Part shown: positions 8,448 through 18,169 of the stretch, piece by piece
Layout of the letters: each line of letters opens with the position of its first letter
How positions within the stretch are numbered: the first letter of the stretch is position 1
Origin: an uncultured Bacilli bacterium
GTDB lineage: Bacteria; Bacillota_I; Bacilli_A; RF39; UBA660
Length of the DNA stretch: 53,917 bases
Reading direction: 5' to 3'
Assembly (NCBI GenBank): GCA_944332215.1
Contig: CALVJP010000068.1
Span: 1-53,917 of the forward strand
The notes under the pieces: generated by a model
What the model was told of the DNA's origin: nothing
The model's database searches: none
Seen by the model: only the letters and a program-made list of their open reading frames with translations
Program-made: the position numbers and the translations under genes

Positions 8448-8711
8448 ATGAATAGTTTAATTAAACAATACATCGATAAACTTACCATTAATAATATAAA
8501 CGATTTTGCCCGAAAAAACAATATCGATTTGAGCAAAAGTGAATTAAACGTACTCTATGATTTAGCTAAAAACCATTATGAAGATTTATTAGCGGGTAAT
8601 GATGCACCAGTGAAAGCCAAATTAAAAGAAACTTTATCACCTGAAAATTATGATAAAGTTATGGCTTTATACGATGAATACCGCAAACGTTATCAAGGTT
8701 ATTTGTGGTAA
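8448..8711 (+). CDS. Small hypothetical protein, possibly YqfT/DUF2624-like
   Basis: 87 aa with a GGGGGA RBS. It sits adjacent to and convergent with nfo, as yqfT does in Bacillus. Sequence similarity was judged only by eye. Confidence 0.4.
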   Translation: MNSLIKQYIDKLTINNINDFARKNNIDLSKSELNVLYDLAKNHYEDLLAGNDAPVKAKLKETLSPENYDKVMALYDEYRKRYQGYLW

Positions 8712-9616
8712 TTTCTGATTTGCTCAATTAAATTAGCATTGAATTTTTGAGCCTTGATCATGGCAATTTCCTGTTTATATGGTGGATAAGTTCGATCCTT
8801 ACTTTCTTCAGTTACTGACACATAAGGAGTCTCTAAAATTTTAGGGACTTCTTTTAATTTTTCATGATAAATCACCTTAAGTAAATTATCAAACCCAATT
8901 GTACCAAATCCAATATTAGCATGTCTATCTTTATGGGCCCCGCACGCATTTTTGCTATCATTAACATGCACGCAGGCTAATTTATCAAGGCCAATAATAT
9001 GATCAAATTCGGCTAAGACATGGTCAAAATTTTTTAAGTCATAACCAGCATCATTAATATGACAAGTATCCAAACAAACCATGATGCGTTTTTGTTCTTT
9101 GATGCCTTTAATAATGGCGGCTAATTCCTCAAATGTCCGGCCAATTTCGGTTCCTTTACCAGCCATTGTTTCCAAGCAGATAATTGGGCCATCTGGGGTA
9201 TCTAAAATTTCGTTTAAACCTTTAATAATATTGGATATTCCAGTCTTAGTTCCTAAACCAACATGACTCCCTGGATGTAAAACAACTTTTTCAATTCCTA
9301 GTTTAGCTGCTCTTTGTAATTCCTGTTTTAAAAAATTTATGGCAAATGAATATTTTTCATGATCTTGATCATTGGCTAAATTAACAATATAAGGAGCGTG
9401 GATAATCACCTCTTTAATATCCAGCCCTAACTCTAGCATTTTGGCCTTAGCTTTTTGAGTCGTTTTTTCATCAATTGGGCCCCTAGTTGTATTTTGTGGT
9501 GCACCAGTATAAAACATAAACGTATTCGCCCCATAACTTAAAGCTTCTTCTAAGCTCCCCATTAAACCATCTTTAGAGCCGTAACTAACATGGCTACCAA
9601 TTATCAACTGATCCAT
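8699..9616 (-). CDS. nfo: Deoxyribonuclease IV (endonuclease IV)
   Basis: HAPYIVNLA, VLHPGSH and CLDTCH are metal-binding motifs of the Nfo TIM barrel. Confidence 0.88.
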   Translation of the reverse strand: MDQLIIGSHVSYGSKDGLMGSLEEALSYGANTFMFYTGAPQNTTRGPIDEKTTQKAKAKMLELGLDIKEVIIHAPYIVNLANDQDHEKYSFAINFLKQELQRAAKLGIEKVVLHPGSHVGLGTKTGISNIIKGLNEILDTPDGPIICLETMAGKGTEIGRTFEELAAIIKGIKEQKRIMVCLDTCHINDAGYDLKNFDHVLAEFDHIIGLDKLACVHVNDSKNACGAHKDRHANIGFGTIGFDNLLKVIYHEKLKEVPKILETPYVSVTEESKDRTYPPYKQEIAMIKAQKFNANLIEQIRNYHK

Positions 9617-9663
9617 AATATCACCTGATTACATCATATCATATTTTCTTATCAGAAAAAAGA

Positions 9664-9993
9664 TTAAGATGCGAGTTTACCTAAAAGTTTAAAACCGCCT
9701 TCCACCACTGATTTCACTCCTTGCTGGGACATTTTAGAAATTTTTAAGCCCATTTTTGATAATGAATTTTGATAATTTTTTTCATTAGTTTTGACATATT
9801 TTTTAATATCAATTGCTTTGCCGGCGGCCACATCAGCCTCAAATTCTTTAATTTGCTTTTCCGTTAAAGCAACTTGTTTACTATTTTCATACTCCACATA
9901 TCCTGTACTTTGAGAAATATAAAGGGCTAAAAAGGTGACGAAACAAACCATAACACTATATCGAAAGACTTTCTTCAAAATTTTACGGTTCAC
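9664..9993 (-). CDS. Small membrane-anchored hypothetical protein, co-transcribed with spoIIP
   Basis: 109 aa with one N-terminal TM segment. It overlaps the spoIIP stop by 11 nt. Confidence 0.5.
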   Translation of the reverse strand: MNRKILKKVFRYSVMVCFVTFLALYISQSTGYVEYENSKQVALTEKQIKEFEADVAAGKAIDIKKYVKTNEKNYQNSLSKMGLKISKMSQQGVKSVVEGGFKLLGKLAS

Positions 9994-10945
9994 TGATAAA
10001 CTCCTTAATTATCGGGGCCAAAAGTTCTAAAGTATTTAAAACTTCGTCAATGGTATTAGCATCGCCCCCGACTTCCATCAAGGTCATTTTGGGACTTAAA
10101 TCTTGATTATAAACCCCATTACTCCCCGCGCCACCTTTAATTAATACGCCCCTTGTTAGGGTTGGGTATTTTTCTTTTATCAAATTATTTAAACTATTCG
10201 TCATGTTTAAATTTTGTTCGTAATTGTCATATTCATTACCTACCACAAAAACAATTTTAGCACATGATTTATTATTAATAACTGTAGTTGATTTTTCTTT
10301 AGAAAGACTATCACGATGTAAATCAATAATTAATTTTAGTGACGGGGTATTTTTAATGGTCTCTTCGGCAAAATAGCGACTAGCTTTATAACTTTGGGCA
10401 TGTTTCATGTTATTTAAATTCAAGTAATCGATTAAATTATCCTCCATTACTAAAGCTTTCACGCCCTCATTCGCTAATTTATCTTGTAAAATATAAGAAG
10501 CCATCATCACGCCTGGAGTAATATTATAAGACTCCAAAGCTTTACCTTGATAGGCTTCAGCCTGATGGGTGTTATAAATAAAAACTGCCGGATCTTCTGA
10601 AGTTTTAGTAACTTTTTCGCCTTTAGGATTACTGACATAACCAGCTACTTCTTCGGAGGTTTTATTAGCTTTAAAATGAAAAGTGTTTTCTAAAATACTA
10701 ACTGGCTCGTTGACATCGAAAAAATAAGTAAAAGCTTTACTCAATAAATTATTGGCTTTTTTTTCATATAGCATATGATAATTAGAATCAGCTAATAAAC
10801 ATTTAATAAAATCCTCGTTAGTATCGGCTAATTTCACATTCATAATGACATTATAAGAAACTTGATAACCACAAAAAACTAAAAAAGCATAGCCTAATAT
10901 ACGAAATTTAAATTTTCTTCTTTTTCTTGTTTTAACTCTTTTCAT
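9983..10945 (-). CDS. spoIIP: Stage II sporulation protein P (SpoIIP amidase/peptidase)
   Basis: There is an N-terminal TM segment. IYNTHQAEAY and IDLHRDS are motifs typical of SpoIIP. The gene shares a locus with gpr and rpsT, as in Bacillus. Confidence 0.8.
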   Translation of the reverse strand: MKRVKTRKRRKFKFRILGYAFLVFCGYQVSYNVIMNVKLADTNEDFIKCLLADSNYHMLYEKKANNLLSKAFTYFFDVNEPVSILENTFHFKANKTSEEVAGYVSNPKGEKVTKTSEDPAVFIYNTHQAEAYQGKALESYNITPGVMMASYILQDKLANEGVKALVMEDNLIDYLNLNNMKHAQSYKASRYFAEETIKNTPSLKLIIDLHRDSLSKEKSTTVINNKSCAKIVFVVGNEYDNYEQNLNMTNSLNNLIKEKYPTLTRGVLIKGGAGSNGVYNQDLSPKMTLMEVGGDANTIDEVLNTLELLAPIIKEFISEP

Positions 10946-11071
10946 GTCCTCACCTACTTTTTACTTATTCACATTATAAAAATTTATGTGTAAATAAAAT
11001 GTAGAAAAAGCGTTTATGACATATTTTACAAAAAAAAATAGACTTTTTATCTATTTTGTGAAAGCTTAGTT

Positions 11072-11704
11072 TTATAATTTTAAAACTTCAACCTTATCAT
11101 CAGTTTTTAAAAAATCTTTGACGATTTTCTCATCACTTTTTTTTATTAAAATCAAAATAAGTTTAATACTTAATAATAAAAGCATCCATACCCCAAAAAC
11201 AATCATTGACATTTCGACCAAAACCAATAAAGTTTTATCGGAATATATTGTCAGTGGCTCATAAATGTTGACCCCTGAGTTTACGATCATATCTAAAGTT
11301 AATAAGGTCAAAAACCAAATTATAAACGTAAAAATAAAATTAATAATTTTCATAAATTTTCTTAAATTTTGACTAAATAAGCTATAAAGTAAAATTCCGG
11401 TGCTAATTAATAAAATAATTACATACGTCACTAAACTAGGAAAAAAGATTTGCATAAAAATATTGTTGATTAAATTATCAAATAACACATATAAATAATC
11501 ATTATAACGAATAACTATAAATAAAACTAAAAAAAGCCATACACCAATCATTAACCCCCTAGTAATTTTTTTATATTTTCGAATACTAATAATCATCAAA
11601 ATTACCATAATCAGGCCAATAATTAAAGTCATGAGAAAAAAAGGTGAGGATAAAATTAAATTACCAATAATTTCTAGCATCTTCCAAAGTGAAAGCTCCT
11701 CCAT
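11072..11704 (-). CDS. Polytopic membrane protein, hypothetical
   Basis: 210 aa with about 6 hydrophobic segments. Its start is 2 nt from the sortase stop. Confidence 0.5.
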   Translation of the reverse strand: MEELSLWKMLEIIGNLILSSPFFLMTLIIGLIMVILMIISIRKYKKITRGLMIGVWLFLVLFIVIRYNDYLYVLFDNLINNIFMQIFFPSLVTYVIILLISTGILLYSLFSQNLRKFMKIINFIFTFIIWFLTLLTLDMIVNSGVNIYEPLTIYSDKTLLVLVEMSMIVFGVWMLLLLSIKLILILIKKSDEKIVKDFLKTDDKVEVLKL

Positions 11705-11705
11705 T

Positions 11706-12356
11706 TTATCCCTCCTTATTTTCCTCTTTACTAATTAATTCTCCGATATAAATTGTTTGTGTCGTATCATCATTTTTGGTGCAAGTAACTAAAGTTATAG
11801 TAGTCACGCGATTATCTCTATATATGGCAATTTCCCCAGTCTTGGGCTGCGTATATATATTGATAACTTTATAAATATATTTTTTTTCTTTATAATAAAC
11901 ATTGATGACATCATTGATTTCTAATTTATATAAATTTTTAAAGTAACTAATCTGACTATTTCCTGAATGTGCGGCAATAATAAAGTTACCTTTATCAACA
12001 TCTGGATAATCTGATGGTTTAATTATTTGTAAGTTAAAATTAACATTGTTTCTTTTAGAGTCTTTGCTGACAAAACCTTTTACCAGATTGATTTTAGGAA
12101 TTTCCAAAAAACCAATATAATCTTCCTTAGCTACGTTTTTTTTGACATCGGCAACCACGGTATCATTTTCAATTTCAACTTCCTGCTCATTAATAATTTC
12201 AGCTGGCGAAGCATTATTATTCAATTGTAAATCCACAGTTTCAAAAGCCAAGTTTTTTTTAGCTACTAAATAATTATATGAAATAATAAAAATTCCTATT
12301 ACTAAGGCTATAAAACAAACTATAATAATAACTGCATTTCGTTTTTTTCTATTCAT
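11706..12356 (-). CDS. Sortase (transpeptidase), small single-TM type
   Basis: It has an N-terminal TM segment, the catalytic His in IIAAHSG, the catalytic Cys in TLVTCT and a downstream Arg region. Confidence 0.8.
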   Translation of the reverse strand: MNRKKRNAVIIIVCFIALVIGIFIISYNYLVAKKNLAFETVDLQLNNNASPAEIINEQEVEIENDTVVADVKKNVAKEDYIGFLEIPKINLVKGFVSKDSKRNNVNFNLQIIKPSDYPDVDKGNFIIAAHSGNSQISYFKNLYKLEINDVINVYYKEKKYIYKVINIYTQPKTGEIAIYRDNRVTTITLVTCTKNDDTTQTIYIGELISKEENKEG

Positions 12357-12685
12357 GATCTTTTACCTCATAGTAATTTTACCACGGTCACCTAGAAAAA
12401 ACAATGAACATGGGCAAAATAAATTTTACTAAGCTGACCTCAGAGTAAACTTTTGCTCTTTCACAGATGTTTTGGCCTTTTCATAAACCACTGTCGAATA
12501 ATCTCGCCTGTTTTATTAGCGCGAAATTTATGAGTTTTAACATTTTGGGGATTACGGGCATATGTTTCTTTAGTTTTTCAAATATGATATATCCTAGGCC
12601 GTATTATACCATTGTTTTGCTAATACATATATGACCTTAATATTTACATGGCCTCTTACATGCATCAGCAAATGTTTCTGCATTT

Positions 12686-12722
12686 TTTATAAAGAAAAAA
12701 CTGCTGATAAAGTGTCAACAGC
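12686..12722 (-). terminator. Rho-independent terminator after the thioester-domain protein gene
   Basis: The minus strand reads GCTGTTGA-CACTTTA-TCAGCAG followed by T6. Confidence 0.55.
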
Positions 12723-12723
12723 T

Positions 12724-14082
12724 CTATTTTTGTTTAGCCTTTTTAAAATAAACAATATAATAACCAGCTATGGCCACTGCCACTAAACCAAGACCTATAA
12801 GGACAATGCGCAGTGACATCTCGGCGGCTGTTTTTGGAACATTGACCTTTTCTGGCGTATAATTAACTTCGACTTCATTAGTTGGCACTGTGGTATCATC
12901 AGTTGTGATTTCAGCTGTATTTGGAATTATATAAGTATCCCCTTCTTGATAAGCTGACATATCATAACCTTTTTTTGTATGAACTGTGATGTTAAATTTA
13001 TAAGTATGTCCGTAAAAATCTTTATCATCTAAATCTTTAGCCGTTAAAGTAATTTCATTTTCTTCAAGTTGATACTCAAATAAATCTGTTACATCCTCAT
13101 CATTTTCATTAGTAACTGTTACTTTTGATACTTCTAAACAATCTTCCAAAATATCAGTAAATATATATTTTTCTAAATAAATGCCACTATCATCTAAATC
13201 AACATGATGAGATATTTGATAATCAAAATCTTTACCTAATTCTATTTTTTCCGTATTCACGCTTTTAACTGGTGTTTCTGGCTTATATTTATCATAAACG
13301 ACTACATTAAAATTAGTTGTAGGGGCGGATGAAAGGGTTAAAAAAGCCGCATTTTGAGTAGAATCTTGATAATAAATAATTGTTGATCCAAGATTTGTTA
13401 AATTTCTAGTTAAAGTTAAATTATCAGTACCGGCTTTTTCTAAAGCCGTAATTTTAAGTTTATTGGCACTAATGGTATAATTAGCTACTCCTTGGCCACT
13501 TATTTTAAAGTTAGCTAAAACATTATTTGTATCGGTAACTTCTAACTCTTTGCCAACACGTAATTTAAAAGTTTTAGAAGCAAATGAAGGATTTTTTTTA
13601 TGTTCGGCAATTAACCTATTAATTTCGTTTTTTTCAGCTTCCACACTTAATGGAGTCCCCGAAGCATTTGAATACCATTCAATTATGTGACTACTAGTAG
13701 GTAAAATAGCTCGCCAAATTAATTCTTGAGCCGCAGCATAATATTTGGCGGTTTGATGACCTGGATAATGATAGCCATAATAACCAATTAGTTGTAATTC
13801 TTCTTTTAATTCGTTACTAAAGCCGGTAACTGACCAGTCGGTCGTTGAATAATAATCGCTTCTTTTAACCGGCATGCCGGGCTCGATACAATAAACTATT
13901 TGACCATCGGCAATAATCCAAGGTTTAGGATCAATTGAATCATAACTTGTAACTACATGACGAATATATAAACCCGGAATATTACTTTCTGTGACGGTCG
14001 CCGCATTGGCTTTAGCTGGCAGCAGGCCAAAAATTAGGACAACTATAGAAAACAATAAAAAAGTTTTTAAAATATTTCTCAT
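12724..14082 (-). CDS. Surface protein with a thioester (TQXA-type) adhesin domain and a VPKTA-type cell-wall sorting signal
   Basis: The signal peptide ends AKANA. VYCIEPG (thioester Cys) and AAQELIW (Gln motif) are present. The C-terminus is VPKTA plus a hydrophobic stretch plus KKAKQK, the classic tripartite sorting signal with an Ala in the last position. Confidence 0.6.
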   Translation of the reverse strand: MRNILKTFLLFSIVVLIFGLLPAKANAATVTESNIPGLYIRHVVTSYDSIDPKPWIIADGQIVYCIEPGMPVKRSDYYSTTDWSVTGFSNELKEELQLIGYYGYHYPGHQTAKYYAAAQELIWRAILPTSSHIIEWYSNASGTPLSVEAEKNEINRLIAEHKKNPSFASKTFKLRVGKELEVTDTNNVLANFKISGQGVANYTISANKLKITALEKAGTDNLTLTRNLTNLGSTIIYYQDSTQNAAFLTLSSAPTTNFNVVVYDKYKPETPVKSVNTEKIELGKDFDYQISHHVDLDDSGIYLEKYIFTDILEDCLEVSKVTVTNENDEDVTDLFEYQLEENEITLTAKDLDDKDFYGHTYKFNITVHTKKGYDMSAYQEGDTYIIPNTAEITTDDTTVPTNEVEVNYTPEKVNVPKTAAEMSLRIVLIGLGLVAVAIAGYYIVYFKKAKQK

Positions 14083-14134
14083 TGATATACCCTCCTTTAT
14101 AATTATAACAAATATAACAAAAAAATGCTATATT

Positions 14135-15157
14135 TTAATTAACTTTAGCCGAATTATTTACTTCAGGGTGTAAAGCAGTGTTAAGACCAGTGCTGATAAC
14201 TTCAGCCAATTTTTGGACTACAAAATCTTCTTCTTTGGGTGTTACCATTAAATTATAACCCACAGGATTTAAAACTTCATAGATCAAAGATTTAACTTCA
14301 CTATCACTCAATGAGCCTACTAAACCAAATAGATTTTTCTTATCATCATCGGCAATATTAACATTCTTTTTTAAGTAGTTAACTTTCACTTTAAGTTTTT
14401 GAGCCGGATTATCCAAGTTTTCTTTCGTATAAGCAAAATGTTTATACATATAATTAATAGTATCACTAACTATCGAGGCCGCGTCTACCACCGTTGGCAC
14501 GCCAATGGCAATAACTGGTATCCCTAAAGTATCATAACTAATTTCTTTGCGTTTATTGCCTACACCACTACCCGGATTAATTCCAGCATCGGTCATTTGA
14601 ATGGTTTTATTAACTCTTTCTATGGAACTTGAAGCTAAAGCATCAACAACGATAGCAAAATCAGGCTTAATCACATCAACCACACCTTTAATTAAATCAC
14701 TCGTTTCCATTCCTGTTTCGCCCATTACCCCAGGCGACAAAGCCCAAACACGGCGAAAACCGGGATCTAATTTCCCATAAACATACAAATGATTGGTTAC
14801 AATGGTCTTTTCGATGACCAAAGGTCCTACGGCATCTGGAGCGGTTTTTTCATTTCCAAGGCCAAGCACTAAACAGGTACTTTGTTCATTAGCTTTGATA
14901 GTTTGCAACATTTTTTGCAATTCTTCGGTAAAAACTGTTGTTATTTTTTCGCGATTATCATAATCTGTAATATCAGGAAATTCGACGGTTACATAAGTCC
15001 CAGCTTTTTTGCCAATCGGTGTGCCTTCTTTATCACTTAAAACAATATTGGTAACTTTTATGGGACCAATTTCCCTAGTATTTATGCCTTTCTTACAAAC
15101 TTCAATAGCTAAATCAGTGCGGACTTGATATTTACCTAAATCTTTTTCTTGACTCAT
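14135..15157 (-). CDS. gpr: Germination protease (GPR endopeptidase)
   Basis: YQVRTDLAIE and VLGLGNEKTAPDAVGP motifs are present. The start is taken at the ATG 5 nt after GGGTGA. Confidence 0.88.
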   Translation of the reverse strand: MSQEKDLGKYQVRTDLAIEVCKKGINTREIGPIKVTNIVLSDKEGTPIGKKAGTYVTVEFPDITDYDNREKITTVFTEELQKMLQTIKANEQSTCLVLGLGNEKTAPDAVGPLVIEKTIVTNHLYVYGKLDPGFRRVWALSPGVMGETGMETSDLIKGVVDVIKPDFAIVVDALASSSIERVNKTIQMTDAGINPGSGVGNKRKEISYDTLGIPVIAIGVPTVVDAASIVSDTINYMYKHFAYTKENLDNPAQKLKVKVNYLKKNVNIADDDKKNLFGLVGSLSDSEVKSLIYEVLNPVGYNLMVTPKEEDFVVQKLAEVISTGLNTALHPEVNNSAKVN

Positions 15158-15174
15158 TTTTATCACCCATTAAC

Positions 15175-15204
15175 TATTTTCCCAAAAAAACAAGTTTTTA
15201 TTGC
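15175..15204 (-). promoter_or_regulatory. Possible forespore (sigma-F/G type) promoter of gpr
   Basis: The minus strand reads GCAATA - 15 nt - GGGAAAATA, which resembles the GCATA-N15-GGnnAnAATA forespore consensus. Confidence 0.35.
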
Positions 15205-15261
15205 TTTTTTCTTGAATTTTTGTTAAAATGTATTTACGAGTTGTGGCTTGGAGGTGAAATT

Positions 15262-15525
15262 ATGGCCAATATGAAAAATGCTGAAAAAAGAATTTTAGTT
15301 AATGCTAAAAAGAATGTTCGTAATAATAATTATACAGCCAGCATGAAAACTGCCGTTAAAAATGTTGAAAAGGCTGTTTTAGCTAAGGAAAAAGACAAAG
15401 CGGAAGAAGCTTTAAAAATAGCAATTAAAAGAATCGACAAAGCAGCAGGTGCCAATGTAGTGGCTAAAAATAAATGTGCCCGTGAAAAGTCAAGATTAAC
15501 TAAAAAAGTAAATCAAATGCAATAA
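15262..15525 (+). CDS. rpsT: 30S ribosomal protein S20
   Basis: MANMKNAEKRILVNAKKNVRNN... is canonical S20. GGAGGTG lies 6 nt upstream of the ATG at 15262. The ORF-track start at 15220 is upstream of the RBS. Confidence 0.9.
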   Translation: MANMKNAEKRILVNAKKNVRNNNYTASMKTAVKNVEKAVLAKEKDKAEEALKIAIKRIDKAAGANVVAKNKCAREKSRLTKKVNQMQ

Positions 15526-15815
15526 TTTGATTTTTTTTATTAAATTTTAATCCCTATAACATTGAGGATGTTGCTTTTTATTTGCATTAATAATAAATCG
15601 ACACATAACCTAAAACAAAAAGCATAACTTATAATACGCATAATTAGAAGCATAATAAAGACTCACTACTACATACTATATAATGTGCCTTAGTAAAATG
15701 TTTATCGAATTTTGAAGAAACCCCAGTAAAAAATGCCAACTCATGATATAATATTTTATAGAAATAGAAAGTTTGGGCCAGATGATGGCTCCATTAAGCA
15801 AAAATAGGTGAAAAA

Positions 15816-16748
15816 ATGAAAAAACATAAATTCTCAATATCAACTGCTATTCTTTTAATATTACTAGTTTGCTGTTTCTTTTATCGAACAGAAATTGTCA
15901 CTTTCATCATGAGTAATGTGACTGAATACACGAAAGTAACGGCGCCTAATCGTAATAATTACTCGACTAATTATGGTTTTGAATTAGTTAAGGAAACTGA
16001 TGACTTTCATGTAAACAGTCGTCAAGATATTTTAAACGTTATTTATACTGTTTTAAATTCTGGCGTTTCTGAATTTACATTTTACTGTGATAAAGATTTT
16101 AAAAACTGTGCTGAAGAATTCAAAAGTGTTTCAGAGGACCAAGCTCTATTATCGGTCATTAATAATTTAATTTCTCCATATAATAGTTATCAAAAGCTTT
16201 TTATTACGACTAATACTTACGGCAAAGCTACCATTGAAATTGATAAACTATATAGTGAAGAGGACATTACAAAGATAAATGAAAAGATTAAGACAATTCA
16301 AACTGAAATTATTCAAGAGAATATGTCCAATCAAGACAAAATTAAAGCTTATCACGACTACTTAATTAACCATGCCACTTATGATGAAGAAAGAGCAATT
16401 CAAATCGAAAAAGGCAATGATCAGACTTATCAATATAATTCCCACAAAGCCCTTGGGCCACTTTTAGAGGGCAAAGCCCTTTGTAGTGGTTACAGTGATG
16501 CGATGAAAATATTTCTCGATGAATTAAAAATTCCTAACTATAAAATTGCTAATGATAATCATATTTGGAATTTAGTTTACTTAGATGGCAATTGGTTACA
16601 TTTAGACCTCACTTGGGATGATCCTGTTACTAATGATCATAGTAATTTATTACTTCATAAGTTTTTCTTGATTGACACCAAAACCCTTTTAAATTTAGAT
16701 GCTACAAATCATACTTTTAATGCAGAATATTATCCTGAATTACAATAA
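15816..16748 (+). CDS. Membrane-anchored transglutaminase-like cysteine protease domain protein
   Basis: There is an N-terminal TM segment. CSGYSDAMKIF...NHIWNLVYLDGNWLHLDLTWDD fits the Cys-His-Asp transglutaminase core. Confidence 0.65.
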   Translation: MKKHKFSISTAILLILLVCCFFYRTEIVTFIMSNVTEYTKVTAPNRNNYSTNYGFELVKETDDFHVNSRQDILNVIYTVLNSGVSEFTFYCDKDFKNCAEEFKSVSEDQALLSVINNLISPYNSYQKLFITTNTYGKATIEIDKLYSEEDITKINEKIKTIQTEIIQENMSNQDKIKAYHDYLINHATYDEERAIQIEKGNDQTYQYNSHKALGPLLEGKALCSGYSDAMKIFLDELKIPNYKIANDNHIWNLVYLDGNWLHLDLTWDDPVTNDHSNLLLHKFFLIDTKTLLNLDATNHTFNAEYYPELQ

Positions 16749-16751
16749 ACC

Positions 16752-16777
16752 CGGTATTTTTTAAATACCGAGTTTTT
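16752..16777 (+). terminator. Rho-independent terminator shared by convergent genes
   Basis: CGGTATTT-TTT-AAATACCG followed by AGTTTTT. Confidence 0.6.
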
Positions 16778-18014
16778 ATTTTAAATTGGCTAATGGTAAC
16801 GAAACTGTAACTAAAGTATAAATTCCATAATCGGATTCATATTTAATATCACCACCATGGGCTTCAATAATTCCTTTGGACAGAGGAACACCTAATCCTG
16901 TGCCTTTAATTTTTGTTGTAAAAAATGGCTCTTCGATTTTTTCTAAAATATCTTTAGGTATTCCTTCCCCATTATCTTTAAAGTAAATATAAATTTTTTT
17001 ATCTATAATTTGACTCCAAATTTCAATTAATGGATTTTCTTTCAAGGCTTCAATACTGTTTTTTATAATATTAACAAATACTTGAATAAGTCGATTATAA
17101 TCACCATCGATATATACTTCATCATCGATTAAATTCACTTTTGTCGTAATTTTTCTATTTTTAAAAATCATATCATATTTATCCAAAGTATCTTCTAATA
17201 ACATGCTAATATCCAAAATATCTTTGTTCAATTTTACGCGGTTTAATGATAAATAATCTTCCAGTAATAATAAAACTGTATCTATTTCCTCTTTCATAAT
17301 GGGAATATATTTTTTGCTATGCTGGGGATTATTAACATCAAACATATCTAAATATCCCTTACAAACTGCAATTGGATTTTTGATTTCATGGGTAATTTGA
17401 AATAAGGTCGTTCTTAGCTGTTTGTCGTGTTCCATTTCCTTTGCCGATTTATGTATTCGCAAAATATCCTCAGCCTTTCTTATTAAATAAACTACTGCTA
17501 TTGATACTAATCCAAAAATAATACCTACAAAGCTTACTTCAAGCAAATGCCCCAATGCATTATTTGATTGATACATATTTGTTGCCAAAATTGATAAAAA
17601 TAAAACTTTTAAAATGGTAAATATAATAATGTACCAATCGATACTGATTCGCTTATTACAAAACAAGTAAATACAATAATATATTATATATTCCATCGTT
17701 AATATTAATAAATAACCTTGATAGAAATTAAAGTAATAAAATATTATGACAATAGAAGCCATAGTTATAGCAATATTGTTTTTTTTCAAGTAAGCAATTA
17801 AAAGTGGTGTATTTACAATTAGCATTGGCATTAAAGGTAGCATTGGATTTCCATATTTAAGTACCATATACATTGACGAAAAAATTGTTAATATAATAGC
17901 TAATTCGGTTTCTCTTTCATCGTCGATTTCTTTATAGGCAATATAAAGGAAATAAACGAGAAAGGGGAAAAGTGTGCATACTATATCTACTAATAAATTG
18001 TCAAATACCGTCAT
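16776..18014 (-). CDS. Orphan polytopic sensor histidine kinase (candidate sporulation kinase)
   Basis: There are about 6 N-terminal TM helices. The H-box is HEIKNPIAVCKGY, with N/G boxes KNSIEAL, DNGEGIP and GTGLGV. No cognate response regulator lies adjacent. Confidence 0.75.
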   Translation of the reverse strand: MTVFDNLLVDIVCTLFPFLVYFLYIAYKEIDDERETELAIILTIFSSMYMVLKYGNPMLPLMPMLIVNTPLLIAYLKKNNIAITMASIVIIFYYFNFYQGYLLILTMEYIIYYCIYLFCNKRISIDWYIIIFTILKVLFLSILATNMYQSNNALGHLLEVSFVGIIFGLVSIAVVYLIRKAEDILRIHKSAKEMEHDKQLRTTLFQITHEIKNPIAVCKGYLDMFDVNNPQHSKKYIPIMKEEIDTVLLLLEDYLSLNRVKLNKDILDISMLLEDTLDKYDMIFKNRKITTKVNLIDDEVYIDGDYNRLIQVFVNIIKNSIEALKENPLIEIWSQIIDKKIYIYFKDNGEGIPKDILEKIEEPFFTTKIKGTGLGVPLSKGIIEAHGGDIKYESDYGIYTLVTVSLPLANLK

Positions 18015-18125
18015 AATTATCACCTCTCGCTAATATTTTAACAAAGTTAAAATGTCATAATTTGTCGAATTAAAGCATAATATGTATATTTGACTAAAAA
18101 TGTGTCAAAAAAAGTTTTTCACAAT

Positions 18126-18154
18126 ATATAAAAACAAATCATAGTGATTTGTTT
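18126..18154 (-). terminator. Rho-independent terminator
   Basis: The minus strand reads AAACAAATC-ACTAT-GATTTGTTT followed by TTAT. Confidence 0.55.
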
Positions 18155-18169
18155 ATAATTATTCATTTA

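Noticed and set aside
15590-15650. The triple GCATAA motif (AAGCATAACTT..ACGCATAATT..AAGCATAATAA) upstream of the transglutaminase-like gene as a regulator binding array.
   Set aside because: The spacing is irregular (17 and 14 nt) and the hexamer is short for AT-rich DNA. It is not distinguishable from chance by eye.
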